A DNA stretch of 64,000 nucleotides from Lama glama (taxonomy: Eukaryota): NCBI GenBank assembly GCA_028534125.1, contig CM052818.1:44208001-44272000 (forward strand), given 5' to 3'. The notes under the pieces were generated by a model. The model was not told the DNA's origin. It made no database searches and saw only the letters and a program-made list of their open reading frames with translations. Position numbers and translations under genes: made by a program. Positions 49,090 to 62,819 of the stretch are shown one piece after another; position 1 is the first letter of the stretch, and each line of letters begins with the position of its first letter.

Positions 49090-51070
49090 ACTTTAAGTCT
49101 CTGTAAGTGATAAATTTTTCTTTTCTTGTTTTGGTGCTGACATCATATTGATTGATAACATAAGTTAGATAACTCTTCTCTTTTTATATCCTCTGCATCA
49201 CTTTATTTAGACCACAATTCTCTGAAAGTTTAGTAAAAGTCACCTGAAAACCATGAGAGCCTGGCATCTTTTGGCAAAAAAATTTTGATGACCTATTTAA
49301 CTTAGTAACAGTTACAGACTTAGATTTCTTCTCTTTTTTTTTCAGATTTCTCTTTTTTTAATATGTGCATGATTTCCTTTTAAAAGAATATCAGCTTTAT
49401 CTGAATCTTGAAATTTACTGGCATAAAGTTGTTCAGAATATATTCTCACAAATTTTAAGTCTTCAGTGTTTCTATTTTTATGCCCTTTGTTTGGTTTTTA
49501 ATATTGTTCATCAGTGACATTTCTCACTGCTTTCTTAACGTTGCTAAAGTTATGCACATTTTATTAGCTTGTACAAAGAACCACTCTCCACTTGTGTTGA
49601 TAAATTATATTTTCCTTATCTTTAAGCAAGGAGAGGCAAATCCACCATAATTTATTGAAAAGCATTTACTAGGGGAAACTCACGGAAACCGGAGCAGGGG
49701 CAGGCGGTTTGGATGCTATATTGGTCAAGATTCTCCAAAGAAATAGAACCAATAGTATGTGTATAGAGAGAGATTTAATTTAAGGAATTGGCTCACATGA
49801 TTAAGGCGGTTGTCAAGTCTAAAATTTTCAGGATAGGCCAGCAGGTCAAAAACCCAGGAAAAAGGCAGTGTTGCAGTTCATGTCCAACGGCCATCTGCTG
49901 GCAGAATTTTCTCCTGCTTGGGGGACGTTAGTCTTTGTTCTGTTTAGGCCGTCATACTGATTAGATGAGGCCCACCTATATTATGGAGGGCAATTTGCTT
50001 TACTCACAGTCCACCAATTTCAACATTAATTTCATTAAAAACACAGTCACAGAAACAGCCAGAATAATGTTTGATCATATATCTGGACACTGTGGCTTAG
50101 CCATATTGACATATAAAATTAACCATCACAGGCACCCACTTCCAATTGCACTCTGGACAGGACACGGAGCTCCACTGTGACTCTGTGCCAGTCTAGAAGG
50201 AGAGGCCCTCCACTTCTTGAGTTGTAGGGCTTTTAAGCTGCATTATTGGGAAAGAACAGCCCCTTCCCTGGCATTATCAGGGGGCTGGTACCCAACAGCA
50301 ATATGATGTGGCAGAATTTTGGCCCCTACTGTTGTTTTGCTGCCTCAGTATTCATCAGTTAGAAAAGATCTAACCTTTATCCTGGCATCTTTAGAGACCT
50401 GGGGTCCAAGCTGTCCACTGTCTTTAACCACTCTGTTTTCTGTGAACCAACATTTATATATTTTCTCCTTTTTGAATTTACTTTGCATTGGTAATAATTT
50501 CTATATTCTCTAATTTATTTTGAGTCTTAAAAATATTCTTCACATCTAGTGTTTGGGACTTTATAATCATAATTCTAGTTTCATACTTATTATTCTTAAT
50601 TTTTAAATGCAACTTTTATACATTTTCTAAAAGTCTAAATAAAGCATGTGAGTTTTTTGTCTTTTTCCAGAACACATAAAAATTATCATGTTTTAATGGC
50701 CACTGAGCACCACTAAATTATCATTGTTACCTAGAACTTTAATTTTACACTTTTGAATATAAAATAGTTACTTTTATAACCAATAGTTTCTGACATATTT
50801 TACTAATTCCTATATCCACTCCCTGTTGTTACTTTGAACTCTGCCTTGTTTCATTTTCATCCTCCTGAAGCACATCGTTTAGAAATGTGTTTAATGGAGA
50901 TGAACAGCAAAAAAATCTCCTAGTCCTCTTAAGCATGGAAATATAATTGCTTTGTTCTCAATACTGAGTAATACTTTTGCAGGGTATAAAATTCTAGGTT
51001 GATGGCATTGCTTTCCTCAGCTTTTTGAAGATAATATTTCTTTCTCTTCTGGCATCTTCTGTAGCTCATA
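49090..51070 (-). mobile_element. Old L1 fragments interrupted by nested LTR sequence (49625-50400)
   Basis: T-rich antisense L1 motifs: aaatttactggcataaagttgttcagaatatattctc, gggtataaaattctaggttgatg, tcttctggcatc. Confidence 0.6.
49717..50130 (-). mobile_element. ERVL LTR MLT2C-like, near full length
   Basis: ttctccaaagaaatagaaccaatag...taaggaattggctcacatgatt...gatgaggcccacc...ttgacatataaaattaaccatcaca. Confidence 0.9.
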
Positions 51071-51367
51071 AGATTACCCTTATGGGCCAGGTTCCCAGAA
51101 AAGGCACTTTGTCTATCCCAAACTTGAATTTCTAAACTGATCATGGGAGCTCTTGGTGAGGGATAACTTCATGAAGTCTCCAGACTCCAGCCCCACTCCC
51201 AGAGATCACTCCTTCCCCACACATATACTGATCTTCAACCCCCTCTTTTTATAAGAGCTAGACCTAGAAGACTAACCCCCCTCAGGACAGTCTATTTTCT
51301 GTGTGAATAGAGAAGAGCAGTGACAGTCAGGGGAGGATATAGGAGGAGGGTTAAGGGACCCCTGAGG

Positions 51368-51370
<3 letters not shown>

Positions 51371-51412
<42 letters not shown>
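51371..51412. repeat. (GT)21 microsatellite
   Basis: Direct count. Confidence 0.95.
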
Positions 51413-51415
<3 letters not shown>

Positions 51416-54400
51416 GGAAAAAACTTTTTATTCCTACTTCTTTTATTAATGCAGTTGTTTCCTTTTTAAACCCATTTGATCCTGGCAATAATCTTGCTGT
51501 GTAGGTAAGTAGTTATGTTGAACTTGGTCCTAGGTCTTATGAGAAGCTTCTTTTTGGCATGAAAAGAAGAACTTCTATCTGCTTTGTTTTACACTATATC
51601 CTTAGTGCCCAGCAAATGGCCTAGTACATGGTGGGTATACACTGAATCAGTTCATTAAATTAAATTGAACTGAATTAATTCAGGGAGTGAGTTTGGATGA
51701 AGATAATAAAAAAATTGGGTGACTGATATGAACTGCAAAGGATATTTCAGTTAATGGAGTATAGAAAATCTTAAAAGAGGCAAAATGAACAAAACTAATG
51801 CAAGTATTAGTCAGGAGAACCATCTGATTGGGTCTAAATAAGATTAAGGCCTGGATGCTATTAGAAATGTCAAGATAATTTCAATGCTGTGAGCAAGGGA
51901 AACAATCAGATATAAAAACCAAGGCACACAGTGGGAGGTCATAACAATATTGGAGGATTTTTTTTTAAACAAAGTCCTCTATCAATGCATTATGACTGTA
52001 ATGGAATAATTATATCCCCTTATATCTAATGATTAAGTAAAATGAAAAAGCTTTTCTTACCCTTTTCTGAAAGTATCTTGGAAAAATTCTCAAAGCTTAT
52101 GGCCCATGACTGTCCATCAGCCCACAAGTTGGTAAAATATGAATGCAGTTGTGTTTGTTATTCAGGCGTTATTGTTTCAGCCAATTTATCTCAAGTCAGC
52201 AGCAACCAGATGTGTGCAGGTCTAGTCACACTTCCAGCGTGTTATCAATAGTGAGACTGGGTTGCTTGGCTTTGATGACCCTTTACAATTAATGGTGACT
52301 GTATCCAGTTGGACAAATCCAAGTATAACATAAATAACAATATTTATTTATAAATAAATAACTACATAAATTTCCATATCAAATGTTAAGTGATACACAG
52401 AGATTTAATATAGAAAGGAGCAAGGTTGGAGAGCTAAGACGGCAGATGGGCTCTGGTAAAACCCAAATTATAGGAAATAACTCTGGATAAGTTATTAAGA
52501 AAATGTATTTTGTTCATGCCACACACTTTTCTATGAATTAGGGAAACTACAGTAAATAAGACAAATAGAATTACTGCCTCCAAGGAGCTAACATTCTAGC
52601 AAAATGGGCCATGACAGGATATATTAGGAGACAGACACAATACGGCCACCATCTATAGGAAGTATTAAGTTTCCTTGCTTCATGGAGAGAGTGGAGGAGT
52701 TTTATGCCCAGATGAAGAAGAGATTGTGCTGATAATAACTACTGCATGCCCTGTGGTTCATGAGAAAGCCAGAAGTACAAACATTCTATCTAAATAAATA
52801 TGAGGGGAAGGACCCAGTACTTCAGACAGAAAGAGCTGACACTCAGAGGGACTCCTTAACCTAAAACAACTCTTGGCAATCACCCTGGAATCCAAGGAAT
52901 CTGTACACCTGAACGCCCCACACACAGTACCCACTAGATAAGGTTTATAGTGCACTATTATCTAAAAATCTTCAATTCACTCAATAATAAAGTTTGGGTT
53001 TTATGTATGGTATTCCCAAAACAGAAATAAAGAGGAATGCACACCTTAGCATAAACATATTCCATGAAATAAACTATCTAGGCGATTCATTAAATATCAC
53101 TTGAATTGAGATGCTAACCATATATATCAAAACTTTATTCTATAAATAACAGATAAAAACATATATATATATATATATATATCAACAACTTGAAAGGCAT
53201 AGGAGTAAAGGTTGTCATCTTCACTGGGATGCTCATTTGATAGCATTGATTTTAACAATCTAGAAATGCGTGGTTCTTTATGGTGATTTTAACATCTTTT
53301 TCATTCAGATTCTTAATTGGTACAGAAAAACTGCTCTTGGGAAAATCATGAAATTATTCATACTTTCTTCATTTCCCTAACTCTAATACACGATGATTGA
53401 ACTTTCTGTAGATTAAATGCAAGTATGAGATGAAATGAATGTGAAAAAAAAAGGATTTTGAGAGAGACAATTTTTCATTAATATTTAATCAGTTGCAAAT
53501 TTTGCTATCTCAAAAAGTTTCTGCTCTCTGCTTCATTAAGTAAGTTCTGTCATTATTCAGTGTAATTATAGCTTTGGGGAAATTCTCCCAGTAAAAGCTT
53601 AGAAGGGAAAAAAAGGAAGCATAACAATTAAGGATAAAAGCTTCATTAATAGTTCTGTTTCCGGGGCCGTCTCAGACTGCTGATTATGTAAGTTTCTATG
53701 ACCTACATCTGCAGGTTAGATGAATGTTCATAATTGATTTAGACAAGAGGGAAAGTGTCAGGAAAAAAAAAAGATTTTTCTCCATTTAACAATTTCCCTA
53801 TATGTCTGAGCATTTCCTGAATTATTTGGTTCACTCAGCTGTTGACTATATACCACGTCCATGGAAAACACCTGCAGGTTTTCTGCTGTTGCCAGTGTCC
53901 CAAAAGTTTCCTCCAACTCCCAGTATGAGGCATCCTAGATCCACTTGAGAAATCCTCCTTTTTGAGCCACTCTGATACAATTTTGTTGGAATTGGAATTC
54001 CTGATGTTATTGCTTCCTGACTGCACGATTCCCAACTGTGGATCAGTGATTTGAATTGTATTATGCATAAGGCTTAATGTGATTTCACGGGACAGTGTGC
54101 CCGCTCCACCTTTTAGAGTGTGTCTTTCTTCTGTGTTTTCTTATATATCGACTGCAGGGCAACTGGACATGACCTAAGATGCACCAGCCCTTGCAAACAT
54201 CTTCCTACAGCTCATACAATCAGCCCCCTGAGATGCTACCAATCTACTTCGAAGTAAAGAGCTCTGTGGCCATTTTAAAGATGAGGAACTTAAGACTTAG
54301 ATTCATTGGTTTCCCCACACACTTGGTTCCAACAAAATAAAAAACTAACAGAGAACTTCTGTCCCCCATTTCAGAGTACTTTTCATCGTAAGCAGACACC

Positions 54401-54849
54401 CCATGCTGTAATGCCCTCCTTACTCTTTGAGAAGGAGACTGCTCTCAAATCAGATTCAGTTCCATTCACAGAGAAAATGGCAGAAAGCTCAGGTACCAAA
54501 TGATTAAGACTTTCCATTTTTATCGAGTGTCAAACTTCTAAAAATATTCCACTGCTAGTCTCTTCTTTCAGCTAAGACATTGAAAGCCTCTATTCGAGGT
54601 CAAAAATGGCAGCTGTGGGCAGGAGCGAGCTGGATGCTTATCCCCTCGGCACCCAGAGTAGGTCTAAAGAAGCCTAGATGAGGACTGGGCTCGCCCTTCA
54701 CCTGATCGTTACGCAGGCATCAATTAAACCTATTCTCCATTCTCGACACTACGATACATACCTGGACATACAGCTAAAAATAAAGACCAAAAATAGTGAG
54801 ATCATTATAAATAAATGATCAATGATAAAATAATACAGTGTGATCATTC

Positions 54850-55048
54850 TCTAAGCTGATCACATCTGGCTCACCACTTGTTTTTAGAAATAAAATTTTA
54901 TTGGAATACAGCTCTTCCCATTCCTTTGCACCATCTTCTAGGGCTGAACAACAGTGGAGTTAAGAAACTGCAACAGAAATCATGTGAGCTGCAAAGACTA
55001 ACATATTAACTCTCCGGGCCTTTCTGGAAAATGTCTGCCTTTCCCTGT
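54850..55048. mobile_element. MER58A-like hAT-Charlie element
   Basis: ttgtttttagaaataaaattttattggaatacagc...gcaacagaaatcatgtg...gcctttctggaaaatgtctgcc. Confidence 0.75.
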
Positions 55049-55169
55049 CCCAGGCCATGAGCCTTAGACCACAGCTACAGCAGAATCGCAGCTTTTTCAG
55101 AACCCTTATACAGATCAAGGTCTTGTATGAGTGTCTCCCTCTGCTTACGTATCACCTAAGATTTGTTCA

Positions 55170-55560
55170 GTCATAATTAACAAATCCTATAGTATCAAAA
55201 GTTGTGAAATGATTGATGTCTATTTCTTCCTCACATTAAATCTAACAGAAGTAGTCCAGGTCATTCATCTCATCTTTCAGAGTCCCAGGCATTTGTGAGC
55301 TGTCTGCTCTGCCTCCCATGGGCACGGTCCTCATCCTCAGGGCCCTAGATGGTGGCTGGGACTCCAGCTGCCACTTACAACAGAATAAAGGTATGGATAA
55401 GGAAGAAAACGGAAAAAAAAAAAAAAAGCACACAGTTGATCTTAAGCAGTTTCTTGGAGGTGGCCATGATGTAATGACCACATATATCCCATTGGCTGGG
55501 ACTTGGTCACATGACTCTACCCAGCCTCACAAGAGGCTGGGAACTGCAATGTCTACTCAA
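55170..55560 (-). mobile_element. MaLR LTR (MLT1J/L-like)
   Basis: agatggtggctgggactccagc...atcccattggctgggacttggtcacatg...gaggctgggaa. Confidence 0.6.
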
Positions 55561-55629
55561 ACCAAAATCAGGGATTCTAGGACTGCAGCGTGGGTGTTAG
55601 GTGTCTACTGAAAATTTTTGTTCCCTTTT

Positions 55630-56145
55630 CATGGTGTCGAGTAGTTGCTAGAAAGTGGCTGCCCACCCAGAGACTTGATCTTGCAGCTTCTCTCGTATTA
55701 CAAGTCATCAGCGGATTCGACAGAGATGAATTGGACACCTCCACGCCAAGGTAACTCAGAGGCAGATGCAGCCTCTCCTCACTTGGAAGCCAGATGTTGA
55801 AGCTGGCGGAGCCACAAGATGGAAAGCACCCGCATCTCCCAATGACTGCTTAGAAGAGAGCCTACTCCTTACTGATTAGAAATGCACATTTAATTTTTTT
55901 TAACTGAAGTACAGTCAATTACAATGTGTCGATTTCTGGTGTACAGCACAATGTCCCAGTTACGCATATACATACATATATTCGTTATCGTATCTTTTCC
56001 ATTCAAGTTAGTACAAGATATCGAACAGAGTTCCCTGTGCTATACAAAAGGAACTTTTTTGGAAAGCACATTTTAGACTTCACGTGTGCAAGAAATGAAC
56101 CTCTATTGTGTTTAGCCACTTAGATTTTAGAGTTTGTAGCATTTC
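55630..56145 (+). mobile_element. MaLR LTR (MLT1G/H-like), interrupted by an L1 3' end
   Basis: ggaagccagatgttgaagctggcggagccacaagatgga...agaaatgaacctctattgtgtttagccact. Confidence 0.65.
55892..56060 (-). mobile_element. Short L1 3' end with TSD
   Basis: ttaactgaagtacagtcaattacaatgtgtcgatttctggtgtacagc...; TSD gaaa(t)gcacattt at ~55879-55891 and ~56062-56073. Confidence 0.85.
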
Positions 56146-57199
56146 CCACAGTGCACTATAATATCACAATATTACAGTGTTGTGTTCAGTACTAATGAGA
56201 AGACAGTGTCAAGTTCTCATCAACTCTCTATTCTCTCAATACTGCTGCATCACCTGGTACCACAGGACGGGCTGGATACACGCTGGGCAAACTACCACTG
56301 AGTAATAGAGCCATGCACAAGTACTGTGGGAACACAGAGGGAATGGTACTTATTTCAACCTAGGAACATTATATTTATTTTTCAGTTCAGGGCCATATGT
56401 GTTATAATGCTCCATGAAGCATGAATATTCCATTGGACACATTTTCTACATGGAACTTTCTGTTCTGTCCCACGTTATACAATCAAAGAGTGTTGTCTGT
56501 GCTGCCTTGATTGACACTTCATATATTTAAAAGACGAGACCCCGGACTCCGGGAGAATTTATGAAGAGTGACTTCAAGGCAAAAGATCGACTTACAGGCA
56601 ACCTGGGACTCTCTTTCAGACCCCAAAATGGTGATTGTGTGCGGAACAGAAAGGCTTTCTTCGAGCTGTCATTTTAAAATATCCACACTCCATCCCAATG
56701 ACAGCCAGAGCCTTTCCCACCAACACGGAAACCCTGAGTGCTGATAATTCTTAATGACAAGGTGAGTTTCCAAACAGATCGTTTTCCTCGTAAATGGAAC
56801 CAGCAGATGAAAACTCTACTTGGCCGGCTCACTTTACCCCTTCTCTTTCAGCAAAACTTCCCTGCCTTTGCACTCAGCAGCCTAGGAACTTCCTTGCCTT
56901 CTTTTTAGGACCCTGTGTTCTGTTTATGTGTATTTTTAAAGACTGTCTCTCCTTCTAGAATTTGTATCTTGAGGAGTGAGACTTCTTTCTTATTCACCCT
57001 TCATTTTCCCCAAGCTCTTGCACGGGGCCCCATATAAAGCTGAAAATGTGAGACTTAGTTTGAATGCCGAATGAACTAGCTGTCCCCTAAGTTAATGGGA
57101 AAACTGGAGGAGAAAAACTACATCTAATGGATAGGAGGAAAAACAACAAAAAAAAGTAAAATTGTTGAAAAAGAAAGTGAGTCTTGGAGTTGCAATACT

Positions 57200-57360
57200 G
57201 TGAAACAAGTTCTGGACTGGAGGCAGGAGGCTGGGGTGCTGGTCCCAGCTCGGCCCCTAGCTGAGTGACCGTGGGCATGCCAGACGACCTCTCTGTGCCT
57301 CCCGGTCATCATCCTGAAGACGGCGGTGTTAGAGTGGATGACCTCTGTGGGACCCTGGTC
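57200..57360 (+). mobile_element. MIR
   Basis: tggactggaggcaggaggctggg...tagctgagtgaccgtgggca...ctctctgtgcctc. Confidence 0.7.
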
Positions 57361-58009
57361 TCTACAGCCCTCTTCTAGGGAAAGAAAGGCTACAACTTAA
57401 AATAAGACGAGGCCAGCCACCAGCGACATGTCTTCTGTTTTATTTCACAGATTGCTTTATTTTATTTTAGTAGGAGAGATGAGCGTGAGCCCGTGAAGTA
57501 AGGTTAACCGTCAGTGAGATGCGAAAGGCATCCCACCTTGATCTCCCAGGGAAAGCAGGCAGCTGCTCACGATGCCGAACTGGAATGTGTCTGCGGCCGT
57601 GACGCTATGTAAAGACCAGAGCCAAGGGCAACGTGACCCTCAGTTCCACTGGGGCCACTGCTCCACATCCTCTCCGGCTAGGCCTTGGGAGGCTCCTGGA
57701 GAGGTCAGGCTTGGTTTAAAGACACAGGGATTGTTTGGCTTAAATAGGAAGCTGGGTGAGAGAGACACGGCCGCGTGTGGGCCAGCAAGTCCACCTGCAC
57801 CGTACTGGATGGTGTCCTCCCACGGCAGAGGGCAGGAGGGCCCTGAGGAAGACAGTCCTCTGCCCACTGGGGAAATGCTCTCTGGATTCCGTGAGCCCCA
57901 GCATTTATGAAAGATCCAGGCAAAGGAGGGAGCCAGAGAGCGTGGTGCTGGGTTTTGGATGATTCCCTCCCACTGTCGTCACTTGAGTGCCTGCTGTCAA
58001 ACAAAACAG

Positions 58010-58400
58010 GCCTCCTCCTGCCCCAGGGCCTTTGCTCTGCTGTTTCTTCTGTTGGGGATGCTTTCCCCCAGGTTCCACTCACTAATTCCTTCACCTCCAA
58101 GACTGTTTAAATCACACCTTCCGCACCAGGTGCACCCGGACCCCACTATTCAGTACCACACCTGCCCCACTCCATCCCTATCTTTCCCATTCCTGCTCTT
58201 CCTTACCCAGATCTACTTCTGTTTTCTGTCATAGAACTTACGTAGAAAGTGACACTGAACACTCCTAACATGCCACATAAACTGCTTCAAAGTTTCTGGT
58301 CTCTCTGCCAAAATGCATGCTCCCTGTAATCACAGGTGCCTGGGAATCTTTGTTTTGTCCACCCTGCTCGGGGACCACATCATTGGTGAACAGGTAATTA
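58010..58400 (+). mobile_element. L2 3' fragment
   Basis: cctgccccagggcctttgctctgctgtttcttctg...ctttccccca, a characteristic L2 segment. Confidence 0.7.
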
Positions 58401-58739
58401 ATAATTATGATTTAGGTGAGTGTGATCCTTCTCTTGGATAGGCCAGTTTCCTGAGTGTTTCCAGAGATAAACGTGCAGTTGCAGGATTTGCTTTGATCAG
58501 TAGTGAAATAGCCCCACTTGGGAAATAAACCAATAGGCCAGCAGAACAAGCGCACAGCTATCTCATCACGGGCACACCTTGCCCCTTGGCATCCACTGCG
58601 GGACCGAAAATCATCGCATTTCTCTCCCTCCTCACCTGCCTCTCCGCAGTGGTTTCTGTGATCCCAGCAAAAGATCACAGTTCTGAGACCTCTTACGTGT
58701 GGCATGTGGTCTTTCCCCCCACCCCCAAACATCTAGCCC

Positions 58740-58910
58740 AGGGCTCTTCATAGTTTAATGTGCAGAGACACCTGGTGGGGGTGGTTCTTGATAAAACGCG
58801 GACTCTGATTCAATAGATCATGGGTGGGCTCCAAGAGTCACCGTTTCCAACAAGCCCTCGGACAATGCCAATGCTGCTGGTCCAGGGATCCCACTCTGAG
58901 TAGCCAGTTT
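58740..58910. mobile_element. MER5B-like MITE
   Basis: tttaatgtgcagagacacctgg...gactctgattcaatagatc...aatgctgctggtccagggatcccactctgagtagc. Confidence 0.75.
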
Positions 58911-59189
58911 CTAGAGCACTGCTCGTGTTCCTGCTCATGGTCCTGTTTCCACCTGGCCCACGTCACTTAGACACATAATTTACCTCCCTAAAGAAGCTGG
59001 AAGACCATGGGAAGGACTGGGAAGGGTGTGTATTCGGGAATCTGAAAAGCATGTATTTAATCCCAGACCTTCCTCCTGATGGTTTTATGACTCTGGACAA
59101 ATTCACCAGCCTTTCTGTGGCCAGTTTTCTCATCTTAATATGGACATAATCATTATTGCACAAGTGACTGGCAAGGATTAAGTGAGATC

Positions 59190-59531
59190 ACAGGTCCTTA
59201 ATCCCTATCCAAAATACTTGGGGCCAGATGTATTATGAAATCCAGAATATTCATAGATCTAAAAAAAATTAATATGGTGCATATGCAAACTATTAAGTGG
59301 CAGCCCCAGGGGGCTCTGCGGCAGCAACCTTTAGTCAAATATGCTCATACTTACGCAGCAAAATCTAGCTGAATACTGTTACCAAACAGGAGGACTAAGC
59401 ACTGTAGGTCGTTACAGTTCACATCAGGTTTTGCTGCCAAATGTCCAGGTCAGGTAAGGGTTACCCAAAAGCTTTCAGTTTTCAGAGCTGCTTGTATTCT
59501 GAAAGTGTGGATAAAGGAACTGTGATCCTGT
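59190..59531. mobile_element. MER46C-like TcMar-Tigger element adjoining a MIR (59030-59190)
   Basis: caggtccttaatccctatccaaaatacttggggccagatgt...ttttcagagc...gtggataaaggaactgtgatcctg with inverted termini. Confidence 0.75.
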
Positions 59532-59753
59532 CCTTGGCCTGTGAGTGCATCATCCTTCTGTTGAAAGAGCAGGACGCACTTTTCCTTCCTATGTCTTGTA
59601 GGCTATGAAGGCCGAGCCTCTGAGACTGGGAGCTGGACCAGCCTGGGTACATCAAGGGAGAAGCCCATTGACTAGGGCCAGGTAGGGTTTAAGGTCAAAG
59701 TCACACCAGCAACTAGGATATCTCCATACTGATTCTTGTGAGTACTCTTTAAA

Positions 59754-59754
<1 letters not shown>

Positions 59755-59788
<34 letters not shown>
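59755..59788. repeat. (CA)17 microsatellite
   Basis: Direct count. Confidence 0.95.
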
Positions 59789-59790
<2 letters not shown>

Positions 59791-60459
59791 CTCCCAGCAC
59801 ACACCTAAAGCCATCAGGACCTGGCATTACAGAAGTTGGGGTCTGGCAGAAGCTGGAAGCAAGAAACCAGATAATTTCTGAGAAAAACGCCCTTAGTTCC
59901 CCTTTGGCTCATAAAATTAGATGAGAATCTCTCCATGGAGGGCTTTCAACTACATTTCTTAAATATATACTTAGGAAAATGGGCACTAGACAGAAGAACA
60001 AGTCATTTCACACCTCTTAATTTGCATGAGCAATTAGATGTTTGCAGGTGTAGCTCATTTTCTTTCTTTTTTTTCTCTTTGATGATCTTAAAATTACAGC
60101 TCTTTGTGAAGATTTGAAGGTGAAAACTTTACATAGCACTGAAAAAAAAATTAGAATTTGTCAACCCCAGGCTATGCCATCCTCTCACTTTTTAGGATGC
60201 AGGCTTCATAACCAGAGCTTGCAGCCAAGTCGAAGTGCAGGCAGGATCCGGGACCATCTGCAGCCCATGGCTTTAGCCACACTGTAGTGCAGACCCTGGG
60301 CATGTGCTGCAAAAAGTGATTTTGGTGGGGGGCTTTATATACATCCTGAGTAGCTGGCTGAAGGGTGAAGATCTGCTATGGGTCACGTGTTCTCACCCTG
60401 GAATGTATGACATTACACAATAAAAACTAGACTCTGAGGTTGTTTGGAGATGCTGTTAG

Positions 60460-61090
60460 GAGGAGTAGTTTGTGTGGTGGTGATGAGCTTGGTGTCTGTA
60501 GCCAACCTACCTGAACTTGACGCTTAATTCCACCGCTTGAGAATTACGTGACCTTTAGCTAGTTGTTTCAGCGTGAAGACTCAGTCCCTCAAGTGTAAAA
60601 GAAGGCTGATAATAGGACCAGCCTCGTAAGATTGCTGTGAATGTTATACGACTTGATACACGTAAGTTCTGAGAAGAGCACACTGTAGGTACCCCTGTGT
60701 TCCTTGCTTCTTTTTTTTTTTTATTAATCTAGCTCCTGTTTCTAGACTGAATTGAATGGAAAGCCAGTCCCTGTTGCCTGACCTCCTCTGGAGGACCGCA
60801 GCCCCTCCTGACACAGAGGGAGATTTTCCAGGGGCTTGGTGGTGGTGGGGAGGGGGTACCCTCTCATTCTGCCCTAGAGCTCTGAGTAGGTCCTCGCAGG
60901 ACGGAATTATCTACCAAGCCCCAGGCACTGTGCTAGGCTCTTGATACATTTGATCTCACTAGGTAGATCTCCGTTATCCCCATTTCATGGATGAGGAAAC
61001 AGATGCTCCATGGATTTAAGAGTCTTGCCTAAATCCACACAGCTCGTACGTGGCCAAGTCACATTTGGAAACCAGGCCTAGACACAGTTT
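60460..61090. mobile_element. Two MIRs in opposite orientation (~60460-60690 plus, ~60910-61090 minus)
   Basis: gtgacctttagctag...ctcagtccctcaagtgtaaaa; ccccatttcatggatgaggaaacag. Confidence 0.65.
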
Positions 61091-62819
61091 CAAATTCCAG
61101 ATGCTTCCCACCAATTTCAGTCTCCAGAATCTTACACAACTTGTGAAGTCCTCACCTGGAAAGTTTAAGGACACACATAGGATCATTACTTACCTTTCTC
61201 AGGAGAAGGGGCAGGGCAAGAAAGGAGATTAACCACAACCAACCAACCACAACACAGAAGGAATGACCAAAAGGCCCATGGCCTGTTATCACCATAGTAT
61301 CATCAAGTCCAAGGTATGTCAATGACAATACTGTGGATCAGACAGAACAGCAGAACACAGGACAGAGCTTCCAACCGGGTCAGTCCAACTCTCCAAATAA
61401 CTCACGACTCCAGCCTTGTTTTTTCATTTGCAGCCTAGTCTGCAGCCCACTGAGCACAATTAAAGCCAGTGAACAGCAGACAGCAGCCCAGTGTAGACAA
61501 CAGCTCAGACTCCCTCCCACGCGGCTCTGGACCCCGTGGAGCCAAGGAAAAGAAAACACTCTTCCTTTCAACAGCTAAATAATTCTGCTCGGGCCCCATG
61601 GGAGGTGCGACTGGGGCCTGTGTGGTCATCAGAGAGACCTGTCTCCTCGGCTGTCTGAGACACTCACCTACCATTCGTCTAAGTGATGGGGAGAGGCGTG
61701 CAATTTCCCGCACTGTCTATGGCCGCTGCTCCTGCCAGCTGGGCATCAACACGGAGGCAGCAACACTCAGTGAAAAACGCTTCCATAAATGCAACCTATA
61801 GCCTGAATCGGAGCCCCAGCCCAGAAACCAGAAATCTGGCTGAGAATGCACGGGATACCTCTCAGCAGAGCTCCACGTTGGAAAGAATCATTACAAATGA
61901 GGCCATAATTTCTCTGCTGTAAAAAAGAGAGACATCGGGGTCATTCTAAAATAGCCTTTCCAGTCCGTCCCAGTCACAGCTTTGCTAAACGAAGTAACTG
62001 CTCGGTGCTTTAGGTTTCCTGTCACGCTGATCAAAGGGTCTTTGCATGGAGAATAATACATTTCAGTAACAAATGCCCGGCATGTCTGCAAATACTAAAT
62101 CAGCAGCAGAACAGGTCGGGGTGGAGTGGTGATGGGGCACGTGGCTGGGCTAATGGCCTTTCTCTGGCGCTGGACAAGCAGGGCTGAGGTGACTGCGGGA
62201 CCTGATGAATGTGATAGCATCTCCGAGTCCAGGCTGGGAAATGACTCACCAGCCCCAGACTCATTAGCTCAGGGTCACACAGGGACGGGGAGGTTCCGTT
62301 CAGAAAGAGTGGCACAGACGTCCAGCACCCCCCGCTTGAATTAAAATAACTCTTTTAAACAAGTAGAAGGTGGATCTACAAGACCGTGAATGTACATTCT
62401 CAAAAGAAGAGCTTTACTGCAGCTAACTAGGAGCAATTCTATTGATTTCCAATAAGATTTGGGGAATTTTAAAACTCTAGTGTTAAGTGAAACGTCAGAG
62501 TGCTTTCATTTCATTCATTGTTTTTGTCCTGAAATGCTGGCATCTGTGCCCCATGTTCCCACGATTCCGGGCACAGGCGCTCCTGTGGGACCTGAGAGTC
62601 AACACGCTGAATGTGCAGTGTCGCTGTCCACACTGGTAACATCAAATGCCCTTTTTGCACTTGTAAAGAAAAATGTCGTATTAGGATTAGAAACATCAGT
62701 CAGAGGATCCTGCTAATGGTAAAAGACAAAACTCTCCTTCCTCGAATGAAAACAGCATGTTCATTTCATCTTCTCCAAGGGAACCACTGCTCCCGTCCAG
62801 CCCTCACTGGAAGGGACTT

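Noticed and set aside
24190..51100. Isolated GAS motifs (TTCTGGGAA 24190, TTCTAGGAA 36421, TTCCCAGAA 51092)
   Set aside because: Single short motifs without supporting clusters are expected by chance at this scale.
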